A stretch of 64,000 nt of DNA, taken from assembly GCA_040954595.2 (NCBI GenBank), contig CM082593.2, forward strand, positions 6,146,172-6,210,171, given 5' to 3'. Below, piece by piece: positions 13,372-25,945 of the stretch; the stretch's first letter is position 1; each line of letters opens with the position of its first letter. This DNA comes from Balanoglossus misakiensis (taxonomy: Eukaryota; Animalia; Hemichordata). Made by a program: the position numbers and the translations under genes. The notes beneath the pieces were generated by a model. The model was not told where the DNA came from and searched no databases. It saw nothing but the letters and a program-made list of their open reading frames with translations.

Positions 13372-16300
13372 TGTATGTATGTATGTATGTATGTATGTAT
13401 GTATGTATGTATGTATGTATGTATGTATGTATGTGTGTATGTATGTATGTATGTATGTATGTATGTATGTATGTATGTATGTATGTATGTATGTATGTAT
13501 GTATGTATGTATGTATGTATGTATGTATCTATGTATCTATGTATCTATGTATGTATCTATGTATGTATCTATGTATGACACTTGCAATTGCAATTGTCCA
13601 TGGTTCTGTCAGATGAATGCACAATCATATTACGAACGTATAAAACTTACCAGTAGCGTCGCTTGCACCATCGTAGTGCCATTCAGAACTCCACTGACGT
13701 CATACGGCACAGGATTGAACGCTTCGACGTCCACAGTGAGCGTTTCGCCGACATCTTCGATGAAAACCACGGATGAGATGTACACCTCGCCAGTCACCTC
13801 GTCGACGTCGAAGTACAGGTAATCGGTGCTGTCACTCTCCGCGATGGCGTATCTCACTTCGCTGTTGTCACCGTCGTCCACATCTGAAGCCTGTGTGAAA
13901 TATGCAAAACAAATGTCATGCAATGTTGATTTTGAGGGCGGCGATCGTTGTATGCCCATGCGCCAAACCAGAGACTCTGGTTTAACAAAAACTTGTATAC
14001 GGTCAATACCATAATGCAATGTGCTGTCCTAGCAACAGACAAGATGGCGGCGACTATAGTCTGTCGGTAATCGAGAAAAGACAGCAAATTGGGTGAAAGA
14101 AGCGACAAAACCAAAGGCTACTGATATATGGTGCAGATGAAATATCGAAGGAAGCAAAAACAGTCCACTATTTGAATGCGTCGAACACAAAATTTGCAGA
14201 ACACGTGGATTGGACGCAATGTTCTTTAAACACGAAATTCCAGTTGGAAATTGAACTCGCCTGTCCCTATGTCTGATCATGGAGGTACTGAGAGAGTCTG
14301 ATTCATAATCAGTCGGAAGACTTACCCGAACAGTGGCCACTTTGAAGCCAGCCATTCCTTCCAGGGCGTTGCCTTCGTAAAAACTTTCCTCGAACTGGGG
14401 GGCATTGTCGTTGATGTCTTCCAGATACACTGTGACTAAAGTCTCGCCCGTTCTCGGACTCTCGCCACCGTCGACCGCCAAGACGTAGACGCGTAGCACC
14501 GACTGCATTTCACGATCCAGAGGTCCAAGAGTTTCGACCAGTCCATCTCCACTTACAGTGAAGTTGCTGCAGACAGACAAAAAGATGTGACGATAGTTTT
14601 TTCAGTGCACCGAAAAAAAACTTATCCTCATTTTCAGTTAGGCCTACTATTTCGCTATCTCTTTGTCTGTTCTATTAAAGTTCGATGTTTCAATATGGCA
14701 TTTTCACATTAAGCTGGGAAAGCCAGCTAAAGTACTTACAGATAACACGCAAAGAGACTCAAAGGAATTTTAAATTTCTTACTTACTTTTGCATAGGTTC
14801 TGCTATCAGGAATTGCAATTCAGCGTTTTGTCCGTCATCGGAATCACTAGCCTGGTTGGGAAAGCAAAAAATATAGTTATTATTTACTAACACATTCACG
14901 CCAATGATTCCAATATGAAAATACCATTCATATATCCAAATCTTTTGCATGTACGATATTTCCCAATTGCACATACAATTTTGTGATGCGTTTAAACAAT
15001 ACGAGGCAATTTTACCTGAACGTATGTGATAATTATAGCATTCTCTTCTTCCAGAATAGTCACGGTTTGATTGGCCGCTTCGATGATGGGATCGTTGTCA
15101 TTGACATCGGTGACTGTGACCAACAAGTAGGTGTCGTCTGCTGTCTACAAAGCCAATCGTTTATAGTTATAAGCTTCATTCATATATTCACTTAAAAAAT
15201 TATTTAACCATATTGAGTGATATGAGATTCTAGACGGCAACAAACGTCGACTTCACCACCCAAAGAGTGATTTTACGTGTTGTGGGTATAGGCATGGCAC
15301 ACACACTTTGAGACAACATCATCGCCCTTCTCGACACTGTTGTAAATATAATAGCGGTGCACAAGCTTCACTCCCATAAATTATTATAAATCACTATCCC
15401 CGAAGGGGAGTAACATTTTTATAACTACACCAAAGTTTCCTGTTTGATGCAGTGGAATGTTTCATGGTAGATTCGAAGAATTGCGCATGACAAAATACAA
15501 AAAAATACGATTCAAGAGACTTACATAATAGCCATCTGTCACAGACACGGTCATGTTGTGCTCAAGCATATTTTCTCGGTCCAACAAGTCGTAGGTAAAT
15601 ACCTCTCCACTGTTGAATGGTCATAAAAAATAAATATGATTGTTTAATTATTTGAAAGGATTTTAGTCAGTTGCACAAGACATGACATGTACAAAAAAGC
15701 GCTGGGATTGCGATCTCAAAATTTCACTTACGTTTGAGAGTCCATGCGGTAGTAGCCATCGTCAGAAACATTGGCGCCATTTCCGAAAGAAAATGTCAGT
15801 TGATCTCCATCGACATCAGATGCCTGTTGGAATAGTAGAAGTAGTAGTTATAGGTACGTGGCACTCACAATCGTCCACATAACACACCGGAACAACATAC
15901 TGTTGTGAGATTATTGAAGATTTCAAAGGGTTGTAGAGGGGGTCGATATTGAACTTCGTATCCAGTCATTTGTAGATTTTTGCCTTTTCCTTTGAATGCA
16001 ACATTTTTTGTATAAGTAACATGTGACAAAAGTTAGCAACACACCGTGAGCTTGATCACAGAAGCGCCAACGAGAGCGCCCTCACTTATGGCTGCCTCAA
16101 ACGGGGCATCGGAGAACATCGGAGGCTCGTCATTCACGTTGATAACATCGATGTACACTTCTGTCAAATTAAATCTGAGAAGCAAAAGAAACCCGCAAAA
16201 TATACACAAGTAAATATCAGTTGAATATAAAATGTCACATTGTTTTTCTGTCTCGTATTCCAAGGTTTGCAATTTTCAAATTTGTTCATATCCCACATAC

Positions 16301-19300
16301 AGCTAGACAAACCTTAGTCCCCCCCCCAATCATAAGTCCCTAACTAACCCCCTCCACCTCTACCCAGGTTTTGCTAAGGACTTCTACACCCCCCCCCCCC
16401 CCCCACCGCCGGTGTAATCGTCCACCTGTTGAGTTCCGGATATATGAGGGACTGTTACCTTGGCAACTCTCCTCTGTCCTCCGCCATGACGACCAGAACG
16501 TAACTGTCGACAGTATCGGCATCCAGACTTTCGTAATCACTGACGTACAACTCCCCAGTGTCTGCATCGACGGCAAATACAGACATTCCATTGTCTGTGG
16601 CTGTGTAGATGCTGTAGGTTATCTCTCCAGCCAGCCCTGGGTCGCCATCTTCCGCGTTAATCTGACGACACAAGTGATTCTTTGGTTTACATATACTTAA
16701 GTCAAAACTATTTGGTGACAGTTGGATTAGCCCAAACGGAACCGAAAGCTTCTACTCGATAAGGGACATATCTTATTATTTTTCAGTCTGTCATAAATCT
16801 TACCGTCAATATGTAGGTAGAAGTATTGACGTTTTCGTACACTGATCCCGCGTACGACGCATTCATGAACACCGGCGCGTTATCGTTGATGTCGGTGACG
16901 TTGATGTGTACCACTGACGCATTGCTTTGCCGTCGTTCGGCGGTGTTTGTTTCCACGGCGTACACCTGGAATCAGGGACACATAAAACATTCATACAAAG
17001 AACGCTAGAGGTAAAAATGACAAAACGTGGTTCAGTTTTAATGTAAAACCAATCTGAGTTTTCAGATCGTAATTGTGTATAGCCACAGAATGAACATACA
17101 ATCTGAGAGATATATACGTGTGAACTGTTAGCAAATACAGGATAGATTTTATAAACTGAATTGTTTTCACGCAAATTGATGTATGCAGAAAAACGGGAAG
17201 TTTCATTGCTAGACACTGGACTAGCGGGGAAGTGGTGTTTCGACCACTTGACTTTATTATTTGATTTGCTTTATCGCATCCATCAACAGTTATCGCCCTT
17301 TCCCATAAGTTAAAGATATTTTCACTGTGCCAGTGATGTTAAAGACACTCACCTCAATATCGATGACGTCATTCGGCAGAGTTTCCGCATCCAAGCGAGT
17401 GGAGTCTTTAACCCGGATGTACGCGATAGCTGTGTTCGGTGACACCGACATAGGCTCGTCCACCATGAAGATATCGTCTACAACAACGAACTCAAAAACG
17501 GCATTACTCCCCTACAGAAAAAAAAAACAGGAAAGAGAAGTGCAATCCCGGCGTTGTAAATAGTGAAAACGTTCTTTGTATGGTCTTGGCTCCTCAAATA
17601 AGAAAAGTACATACATGTAAATCCAAAAGGCGATATTGTGGGAATGTGTTCATATGGTAAATGACCGTCGCCGAATTGGGTACAGTACTTTAGCTCGAGG
17701 TTTTGCCTGGCATTGTACGTGGATTGTTGATGACAAAATCAGTACTGGTCTTAATAGGTTTTGCCGTTTACACACAGAGTGCCGGTACTGCAGCTATTGC
17801 CATAGTAACTTAAAATAACACCAAGTAAACAGAAAATCTGGGTTTCTGGATTAACTGTTTTTGCTGTGGAAATACACCTCACCTCATCCAGATCGGTTGC
17901 CATGACACCGCACACTATCGTCCCCGGCGGAGAGTGCTCGGCTACCTGACCATAGTAGTCGGGCTCACTCATGATTGGATCGTTGTCGTTGTCGTCCAAC
18001 ACGGTGATAACCAATGACGTGTGGGTGTCCCTGTATGAGTAGGCGCGGTTGCCATAGCTATCGAGCTGTGCAGCCTGTCATAAAATGGAAAGAGCGCACG
18101 CATGTTACGACACAGGCACTTCACCACTTGTGCGCATGTCTTCGCGTCAGCGGGCAAATCTGCAGTACTAGAAGTTGCTGACTGGTCGTGGTTATAAATT
18201 GAAGGAATATTTGTTTTAGACAAAATGTGATTGGATAATATACTTGCATGATGGCGAATCAAAACACACAACTTGAGGAACATGTCTACGGGGACCGGAC
18301 ATGTTTTTTTGTGTGAGGGTTAGCTCATTTCTATAGGAGTTGTACCCCCTGTGAGAAACCAACCGTACTGGATCCACTGCTAGGAGAGTGTATTACCAAA
18401 CGTAATTTCTCAGTTGAAAAACATATTTACCCTGATCCTAAGGGACATCCTTCCACTTTCAAGACTTTCCCTGTCCAAACCAGAAGTCACGGTAATATCC
18501 CCTGTCGCGTTGTCTATGACAAAATGGTCTATTTCGAAAATGGATTCATCCGTTCTGTTCGGATCTGCAAAAAAATCCAATAAGAAGCTTTTGTGAAATG
18601 TTATAAAAGAAAAAAAACTGTTTGACCATTGGCTAGGACATTCTAAATTTCAAACAAAATAGGGATTTGACTCTAGGTCTGCCATGCCTAAGCATTTGAC
18701 GGACGGACAGAAAGCCAACCAGTCGGCCAGCTTGGCAGACAGACAGACAGACAGACAGACGGGCATCAGCTGAGTCAGACAGACTGACAGACAGACAGAC
18801 TAACAGACGGCCAAATGTGAAAAGATGTTACATACAAGCATTAACTCTCTATGATTTCAGTACATACCTGAGAAACTGTAATACAAAGTTGCATTGATGC
18901 CAATATCTTGGTCATAGGCATACAGACTTGGTGTCACGTCCAGCAGAACCATCCCTTCCGAATTCTCATAGACTTCGCTTACGTATCCCACGTCGGCAAA
19001 TATTGGTGTCATGTCGTCTTCGTCTGTTACACTTATTTCCAATGTCGTTGTAGAGTTATAACCGTCTTGATCCTAAACAGGTTACATGTTTACGCGTCAA
19101 GTCTAGCGTGCGCCTCGAAAACCAAAGTCTTAAATCTTTTCTCATATTTTGTTCATGCCAACGTTAAGATTGCTCTCTCTTAAAACTGAGATATAAAATT
19201 GGGGCCACCATGCAAAATTTTAAAATGAAAGAGCAAAAAGTGTCTCAAATTTGAAATTCAAAATGGCCGCCATGTTCTTTGTTAACTCTACATGTATTCT

Positions 19301-20274
19301 TGTATTTTAGTGCATACGCTAGAAACCGCTTCGGCAACGAATCGGCATTTTTTTAGAATTCATCGTATGGAATGTTTGCTGGCAGACCGCGATTATTAAA
19401 TCATAAATATGTTCATATTACTGAAATTGTGTAGTCATCCAGCGCGCATGTGCAGACTTTTATTCTGGCTGAGCCACATATAGTTCTGATATGGAAAGCA
19501 AGGTATTAAACAAAAGATCATCAAAATTCATTGAGTATACGTTGACACTTGTTGATGTCAGTGGCCGTTTTTGTCAAAAGACATGCTTTTTGAATTGTAC
19601 CCAACAGCATGGTCACATATTGTTCTGACACATCGCGCTGGACAACATAGTCGTGTTTCTGAGTGAGCATATATGCCTGATGATATAATATCACTTACAT
19701 CTACCATCAGGATTAGCAGGTATTCGGTTTCACGTCCATAGTCCAGAGAGTCAGAAACTATGATGTGGGGTGACGTTGACGAAGCGAATTCAAAATACAC
19801 CGATCCAAGACCAATCTGAAAAATGAATATTTAGAGCAACGAGACCATAAGGATCTTCTACTGGTATGAGAGTATGAGAGACATGCACGCAACATCTAAC
19901 ATTCAGACGGTCCACAAAAACGACACAATGCGAGTGGAAATAAGCAAAGGATAAACAACTTTGTCAACTGGACGTCTTTTGCTTTCTTTCCGCCACTTTT
20001 TTATCTATCAGTATCACAAGATATCTACATAAGCTGTAAAATGTTTAATCACGCTATTAAAATAAATAATATGCTTTATATCACTTACGTCGAGTACGGT
20101 ATTAATAGAAGATTTTGGTGGTTTACAGTCAACATCATCAGTAGTAACTGTGAATATGGTTTGACCGATTTGAACATGCTGTGAAGATTGAGAAAATCAA
20201 ATGTGTTAAATGTTGTAAGTTGTCAGATTCCATATTTACAAATAAGTGGCAATGTACGTACGTACGTACATACG

Positions 20275-20342
<68 letters not shown>

Positions 20343-20347
20343 CACAC

Positions 20348-20430
<83 letters not shown>

Positions 20431-20506
20431 TACATACATACATACATACATACATACATACATACATACATACATACATACATACATACATACATACATA
20501 CATACA

Positions 20507-20537
<31 letters not shown>

Positions 20538-22439
20538 TGAATAACAGACTGTACACAGGTAGCCAAACACTTACCTCACTAACACTGGTGTCGTATGGTG
20601 TACCTAAAAACACTGGGGCGTTGTCGTTGATGTCATATATATCAACGATCAATGTAAATGTCTGCAATGAAGAGCGTTTATACTATTATCTTCCGTGATA
20701 TTGACAGCAACACATAAAATTTGACATATATAACTATATAGTCGGACAAAAGCATGATCTCCGTCAAGGTGTTGGAATGCTTGGTTAAAAAGCCGCGAAA
20801 GTTATCTGGGCTTGTGGAACTGGTAGTAAATACATACCGTCTTCGATCCTACAAGAGGTGTACAACCTACTTTTATTTCATATGAGTTTTGGCAACTCGC
20901 CTATAAGAAACGAAACAGTAGGTTCATGGTATGTGAATTATATCTAAGCCATGTCAAAATAGGCCTCTATGGAGTTGTATTGTACAGTCTAGTTAGTCTT
21001 GGTTACCGAGAGGGCTCTGGGTAACCGAGACTACAGTCTAGTTTGAACCATGGTATAATGATACCTTTGACTCGCTCGAAATAAGAACTGTTCCAGTCAA
21101 CTTTTTAAGTGGTGCAGAAGATTGCGTTTTCCATGACGACAATCGTCAGGGAAAAGATTATTTCAGTTCAAAGGTATGAACCCTTGAGTGCTTGTGTGAC
21201 ACGTCACAAAAATGGGTTCTGTAAGAAAAGTTCTATAAACAGACCTCATCTGACTCCATGTCATACTGTATTGCCCAGGAGATGTTTTTTTCTACGAGAT
21301 CATAGACTTCTGTACAGTTAAGACTGCTGTCACCATGGTCACACGCGTCAAGTGATAATGTTATATCACTTAGATCACCCTCTACAACCAGAGAGTACAC
21401 CAGCGTACCTAAGGAATAGAGTGACAGAAGATTACAGCTGATATTTATAATTATTCTGCTTGTCACCTTCACTTATTTTCAAAAATTACAATATTCACAA
21501 TTGGCAAACGTTGGTTTATTTGTTACTCACCAGCAGGTTGCTCTTCATTTACAGCTACAAATTGGGGAGTTGTTTCTCCGAAATCGCAGTCGTCACCTAA
21601 AAAGTTTATATTACAGAATGTTAGTTCTACATGTTGTATGAAAATTTGGTGGGGCAATATATCACATAATTGTCGTCTCCAAAGTCATGAACTTGTTGTC
21701 ATATTTTGCTGAAGGGGTCACCGTGCAAATATTTTGTATAAGAGCGTCGGTTTGTCTGTGTGTCTAGATAGGGGGAGAGTCAACACGACCTTTAACAAAG
21801 AAACTGTGTTTTTTTCATGGATATGATTTATGTGTAAACAGTTCGAACTTTCGAGTGAAAAAAATAAACCCTTACCCTTTACTTGTACAGGTTGTATGAC
21901 AAATAGTACAGCTACCACCAGACTCACTGCAACATGAACATACAGCCCATTCTTATGTACACATAGACATTCACATGAGGCCTTACCGCGTTCATTGAAG
22001 TTTACGCCATGGTGATCGAGATATGTATAAACTCATGTATGATCAGAATTTACATGAAGTTGTCGCATAATTCAGTAAGAGTCACTCATCAAGAACTCAT
22101 ATGTCACAGTATACAAACATAACAGAGTGGGTGCCAATACTAAATCACTTGTTTTATGACAGTATTCCTTGGAACCCATTTTATACTGGTCATAAAGAAT
22201 CGCCAAGTTTTAGACGGGTGAGCCGCTTGTCTAAAATCCTACTATGTAACATAATCAGTCAGCTGCGAGTTATCAAGTGCTGATCAAAAGCCTAAAATTT
22301 AGGTGCCGTGACGTATAGCTGTATATTATATATAGGCTCAACTAATACAATACAAACACTGTGACAAAGGTCTATGTATATACCTACAAGAGCACACGGC
22401 TGTTCCTCTGTGCGTTGAGTATTTCCTCCGGTTAATCAT
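5212..22439 (-). CDS. Large multi-exon cadherin-repeat protein (CDHR/Cad87A/CDH23-like, ~19 EC repeats plus a Thr/Pro/Ser mucin-like segment); 3' end lies beyond position 1
   Basis: More than 30 GT-AG bounded exons encode cadherin motifs (DxNDNxPxF, LDRE, AxDxD), e.g. ORFs 8736-9113, 9802-10173, 14029-14580, 16783-16965, 18857-19042. Signal-peptide-like exon ~21876-21926 (SLVVAVLFVIQPVQVK). The ATG at 22439 is tentative. The last visible exon ends at a GTAAG donor (5212), and no TM segment is seen. Confidence 0.9.
11205..11572. repeat. (CAGA)n-like plus (TACA)n microsatellite in a cadherin intron
   Basis: Long acat/taca run ~11315-11533 flanked by cagacaga repeats; the MYVC/HTYI ORFs here are artefacts. 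Confidence 0.97.
12213..12330. repeat. Compound (CAT)n(CAC)n trinucleotide microsatellite, intronic
   Basis: Visible directly; lies in the intron between the donor near 12368 and the acceptor near 12144. Confidence 0.95.
13343..13577. repeat. (TATG)n microsatellite
   Basis: Visible directly. Confidence 0.97.
19135..19290. repeat. Dispersed repeat fragment (aaattcaaaatggccgccat family)
   Basis: Reverse complement resembles ~38995-39110; related pieces at ~38620-38660 and ~42578. Confidence 0.6.
20253..20537. repeat. Compound (TACG)/(CA)/(CACG)/(TACA) microsatellite
   Basis: Visible directly. Confidence 0.97.
20994..21033. mobile_element. 40-bp hairpin insertion with TAGTCT...AGACTA ends and a 9-bp TSD
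   Basis: cagtctagt (20985-20993) | tagtcttggttaccgagagggctctgggtaaccgagacta | cagtctagt (21034-21042). Confidence 0.8.
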
Positions 22440-23379
22440 GATGCCTGTGATAGAAAGAAATGATAAATGTTCAACATACTTGATAATAGCTTTGAGATGC
22501 AGATATTTAATAACAATAGACAAAATTGTTCACGGGTCGTCACAAAGTCCGAAATCTTGGGAAGAGGGTGATGGCGATTGGAAGAGGAATTTAGCAGCGG
22601 GAGGGGAGGAGGGAAAAGAAGAGGAGGGAGAGGGATGTGGTGGAGATTGCTGGTACATGTAATCAATTCATCTGATCCCATCTTGTATTTTCTTTAAACA
22701 CGTTCGTTTCTGCATAGCAAAGCATGGTTTCCTTGAAGCTTTTAGAACACTTCAAGTTTATGATATATGTTCGTTATTTTAAAAGTTTGTCAAATATTCC
22801 CACTTGCATGCAAATAAACCTTTGAACCTGCCAAAGTACACACGCCCAGCCCCCTTCTGCACCATTGCATGACATCGTGGCTGCAACCATGCTGCGAATC
22901 AACAGGTCATTTAAGGTGCCTGACAACGTCGCTATGTACTGAATGCATTTCGCGATCATAACGAACGGGATGGGCGTTAAAAGTTGACATATTATTGATA
23001 ACACAGGCATCCATTTTGTCTAAATAAATACATGAACCACGGTGATAACTAAAAAGCACAAAACAATGGTTTGAATTTTACAGAAAACTTATTGTTATAA
23101 ATCTATTATTTTGAGCTTATAACAACCATAATATGCGTTGTTTATGTCTTCTCACTCACATATACATGATGTAAGAGCTTATGTACGAAAAAAATGTTTG
23201 ACACATTTTACTACGTACTTGAACGAACCACCGTTAGTGTAGGTTCCTCATGGAAAAAATTCTAACTTCGTGTTACAATCAGATCGATCTCTGGGATCTT
23301 TTTCAAAAGTGGCACGATCGTGAAATTTATATATTTCAGCAGAAGCAGGAAATCATCAAAAAAAAAGATTGAAAACTCA

Positions 23380-24496
23380 CCGGGGCAAGGTTCGTTTTAT
23401 ACAGCCTTATTGTGACACACAGCAATGCGTCACAGGCCAGTCGCGATCGAAAATTTACCGCCGCGAGGCCAGCACTTCTGAATTGAGGAATGCTCGCGGA
23501 CCGAAGGTTCGTCTGGTTACCTAGAAATGATGGCGCTGACTAAGAATACCTTATTTTGATACAGTTAGATTACTTATTAACGGGTAGGATGGACAGAAGT
23601 TGCGCATGCCTAGTATCGACAATATAAATTCGAGTCCCTTGAAAGATGCGACATGCACGTACAGTTCTTATCGGGTTAGGTCACGGCAATGCTTGGGTTA
23701 GGCCTAATACATAAAAAACTTTAAAAAGAAAACTCCCTTAATATAAGTGTATATATCTGTAAACATTTATTTATAACTGACGCATTTAGTGGGATTTTCT
23801 GCCATATGTCATCAACAGGTTGTTATGAATACTCAGACATGGCAGTCTTGCGGGTTGTGGGGTGCAGTGAGCAAACGAAGAATGTTTTCAGTGACATTGC
23901 GTTGCTAGGGAGCGTTGGGGGCAAAGTTTCCAACGGAGTCTGCTGGACACAGGCGCTAGGCCTGTCCGTGATTGGTACACCGTATCAGTAGATAACAATG
24001 ATGTATTGATGTCACAATGACAGTCTGCTTACATTAGCAGGCTGGGCATATTTGCCAATTATTCCATATCTGGTCGATCTGTAAACACCACTGCGACTGT
24101 GAAAAATATTGAACAAACAGAACACAAAAATTATGCTGCACATATTTCTATCCAGAATTTTAGGCTATGCTGACAAGTTCGAATGGGCATGGATGTTTCT
24201 CTTTTTTCAAATTTTAGGCTAACATTCTCTTATAGTTGCAGACCATAACATTTTACTGATGTATGATCTATTTGAAGACATTAAATATCGCTATATATAT
24301 TTGCCCGCATGTTATTAACGTAAAATAAGGTCATGTTTGACCAGTATTCTGTAGAAAGCTCTTCCGAGACGAGCACATGTTATTTCATAGGGCCCAACTT
24401 CATGACGTTTGACCCCGTGTCAAAGGTTACGAACAGCGCCACCTATTGGGATGTCGCTGAGTTAAGCGTTCCGATGATTGAGAGAGAAATATTGGG
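23380..24496. promoter_or_regulatory. Likely divergent promoter region (cadherin gene / STOML1)
   Basis: Minus-strand GTGAGT donor at 23380 and plus-strand GTAAGT donor at 24496 with CpG-richer sequence nearby; NRF1-like tgcgcatgc at ~23601; CTCF-like cagcgccacctattgg at 24434-24449. Confidence 0.45.
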
Positions 24497-25945
24497 TAAG
24501 TATAGAGTGAATTTGTGAATTTTACTGGTTGTACGGAGGTTCGATGATGCATTTCTTGATACTATTTAATTGTGGAACTGTACGTATGTTAAACAGAACA
24601 GCTTGGACACAAAACGGGGACGTGATGTCGCGGTGACTCACCGTTCCCTGATCAACCTCCCCAATGTAAACATGTCATCTTACGTAACTGAGCATAGGAT
24701 ATTCGATCGTACATGTATGTACCTTCTTGATCTCTACCTCCACGATCTGACAAATAACGCTCGATGATCAGAGAAAATGGGAGAAATCTAACGGTTTTAA
24801 TAAAGCTGACAGTGCATTGTTTAGTCGTCTACAATGATAGGGCAGTCCACAGTCGCGCTGGGGCAGGGATCAATCGTTTGCAGGTGTGGTACATTACAAA
24901 CTCATCTAAACAGCAGACTACACTGGGAAAATATTAGTTTTTCAACGGGTACCCTGACATTGAATGAAACATCGGGTGTTTTTACGATTGGCTAGATTGC
25001 ATTATAAAATGGATTCATTGTCAGTGAACCTATGGATACGTGTAAGTATTGGTATTTCTTGCAGTCAGTCACTCATAGCTTACATGATGTGATTATCTTA
25101 AATCGGAATGATGATATAATTTCCTTCATATGTTTAGGCCCTCTTCGCATTAGCTGTAAGCCTGGCTGCAATGATTGTAGCGGGTGCAGTGCTGCTAGGT
25201 TGACTGGGCTGCGACACACCAGTCAACCTAAAAGCACCCGCTACAATCATTGCAGCTACTGTAAGCCTTATGAAACTCAAAGCAATCCCTAATAAACATT
25301 CTTACTTTCCAGGATGCTGCAGTGATGACCTCATCATGTTATCAACATGAAGCTGTGTAGTTGTGTGCGAAATAGTTGAAGACCACCTTCACCTAGGCGT
25401 GCTATAGAAGTGTTACTGTTCCTGTTGTATTCAACTAAAATCCTGAAAACAGAAGAAAGGGAAGATAACTGAAAGAAGTGACTTGGCATCAACAAAGATT
25501 GTCACTGCTTGCCCATATTTTCTATTTTGTGATAATAAACTTCCTACAGGTGAGTACATGAAAAAGGAAGTAATATGTATTGAATCAAGCACCATTCAAT
25601 AGATTTTGACATTTCTGTAGAAAAGAGAACCCTTTAGCTATGCCTCCTGATTGCTATTATTACTAATCTTTACAGCAAAATCAGAATATCAAGCTAAGCT
25701 TCATACTGTAAATTTGATTTATTTTTAATAAATTGAATTGAAATTAAGATACAAAGATTGCAACATGCTGTAACAAAGGATGTAACTTCTGAAAATAAAA
25801 CAATATTTACTTTTTCAAATTTGATGAAAAGCTTGCTTTTGTCACATATATAAGAATGTTTGATTTTTTACAGCATTATTTATGGACATGTAGTGTTTAC
25901 TGAGACTGAAATAGAAGATTTCTGGTATTTCTTTCTGTCCACACC

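Noticed and set aside
11064-13822. ORFs reading MYVC/HTYI, poly-D/G and poly-I/T (similar ones at 20138-20698)
   Set aside because: Translations of intronic microsatellites; the real exons end at GT donors before them.
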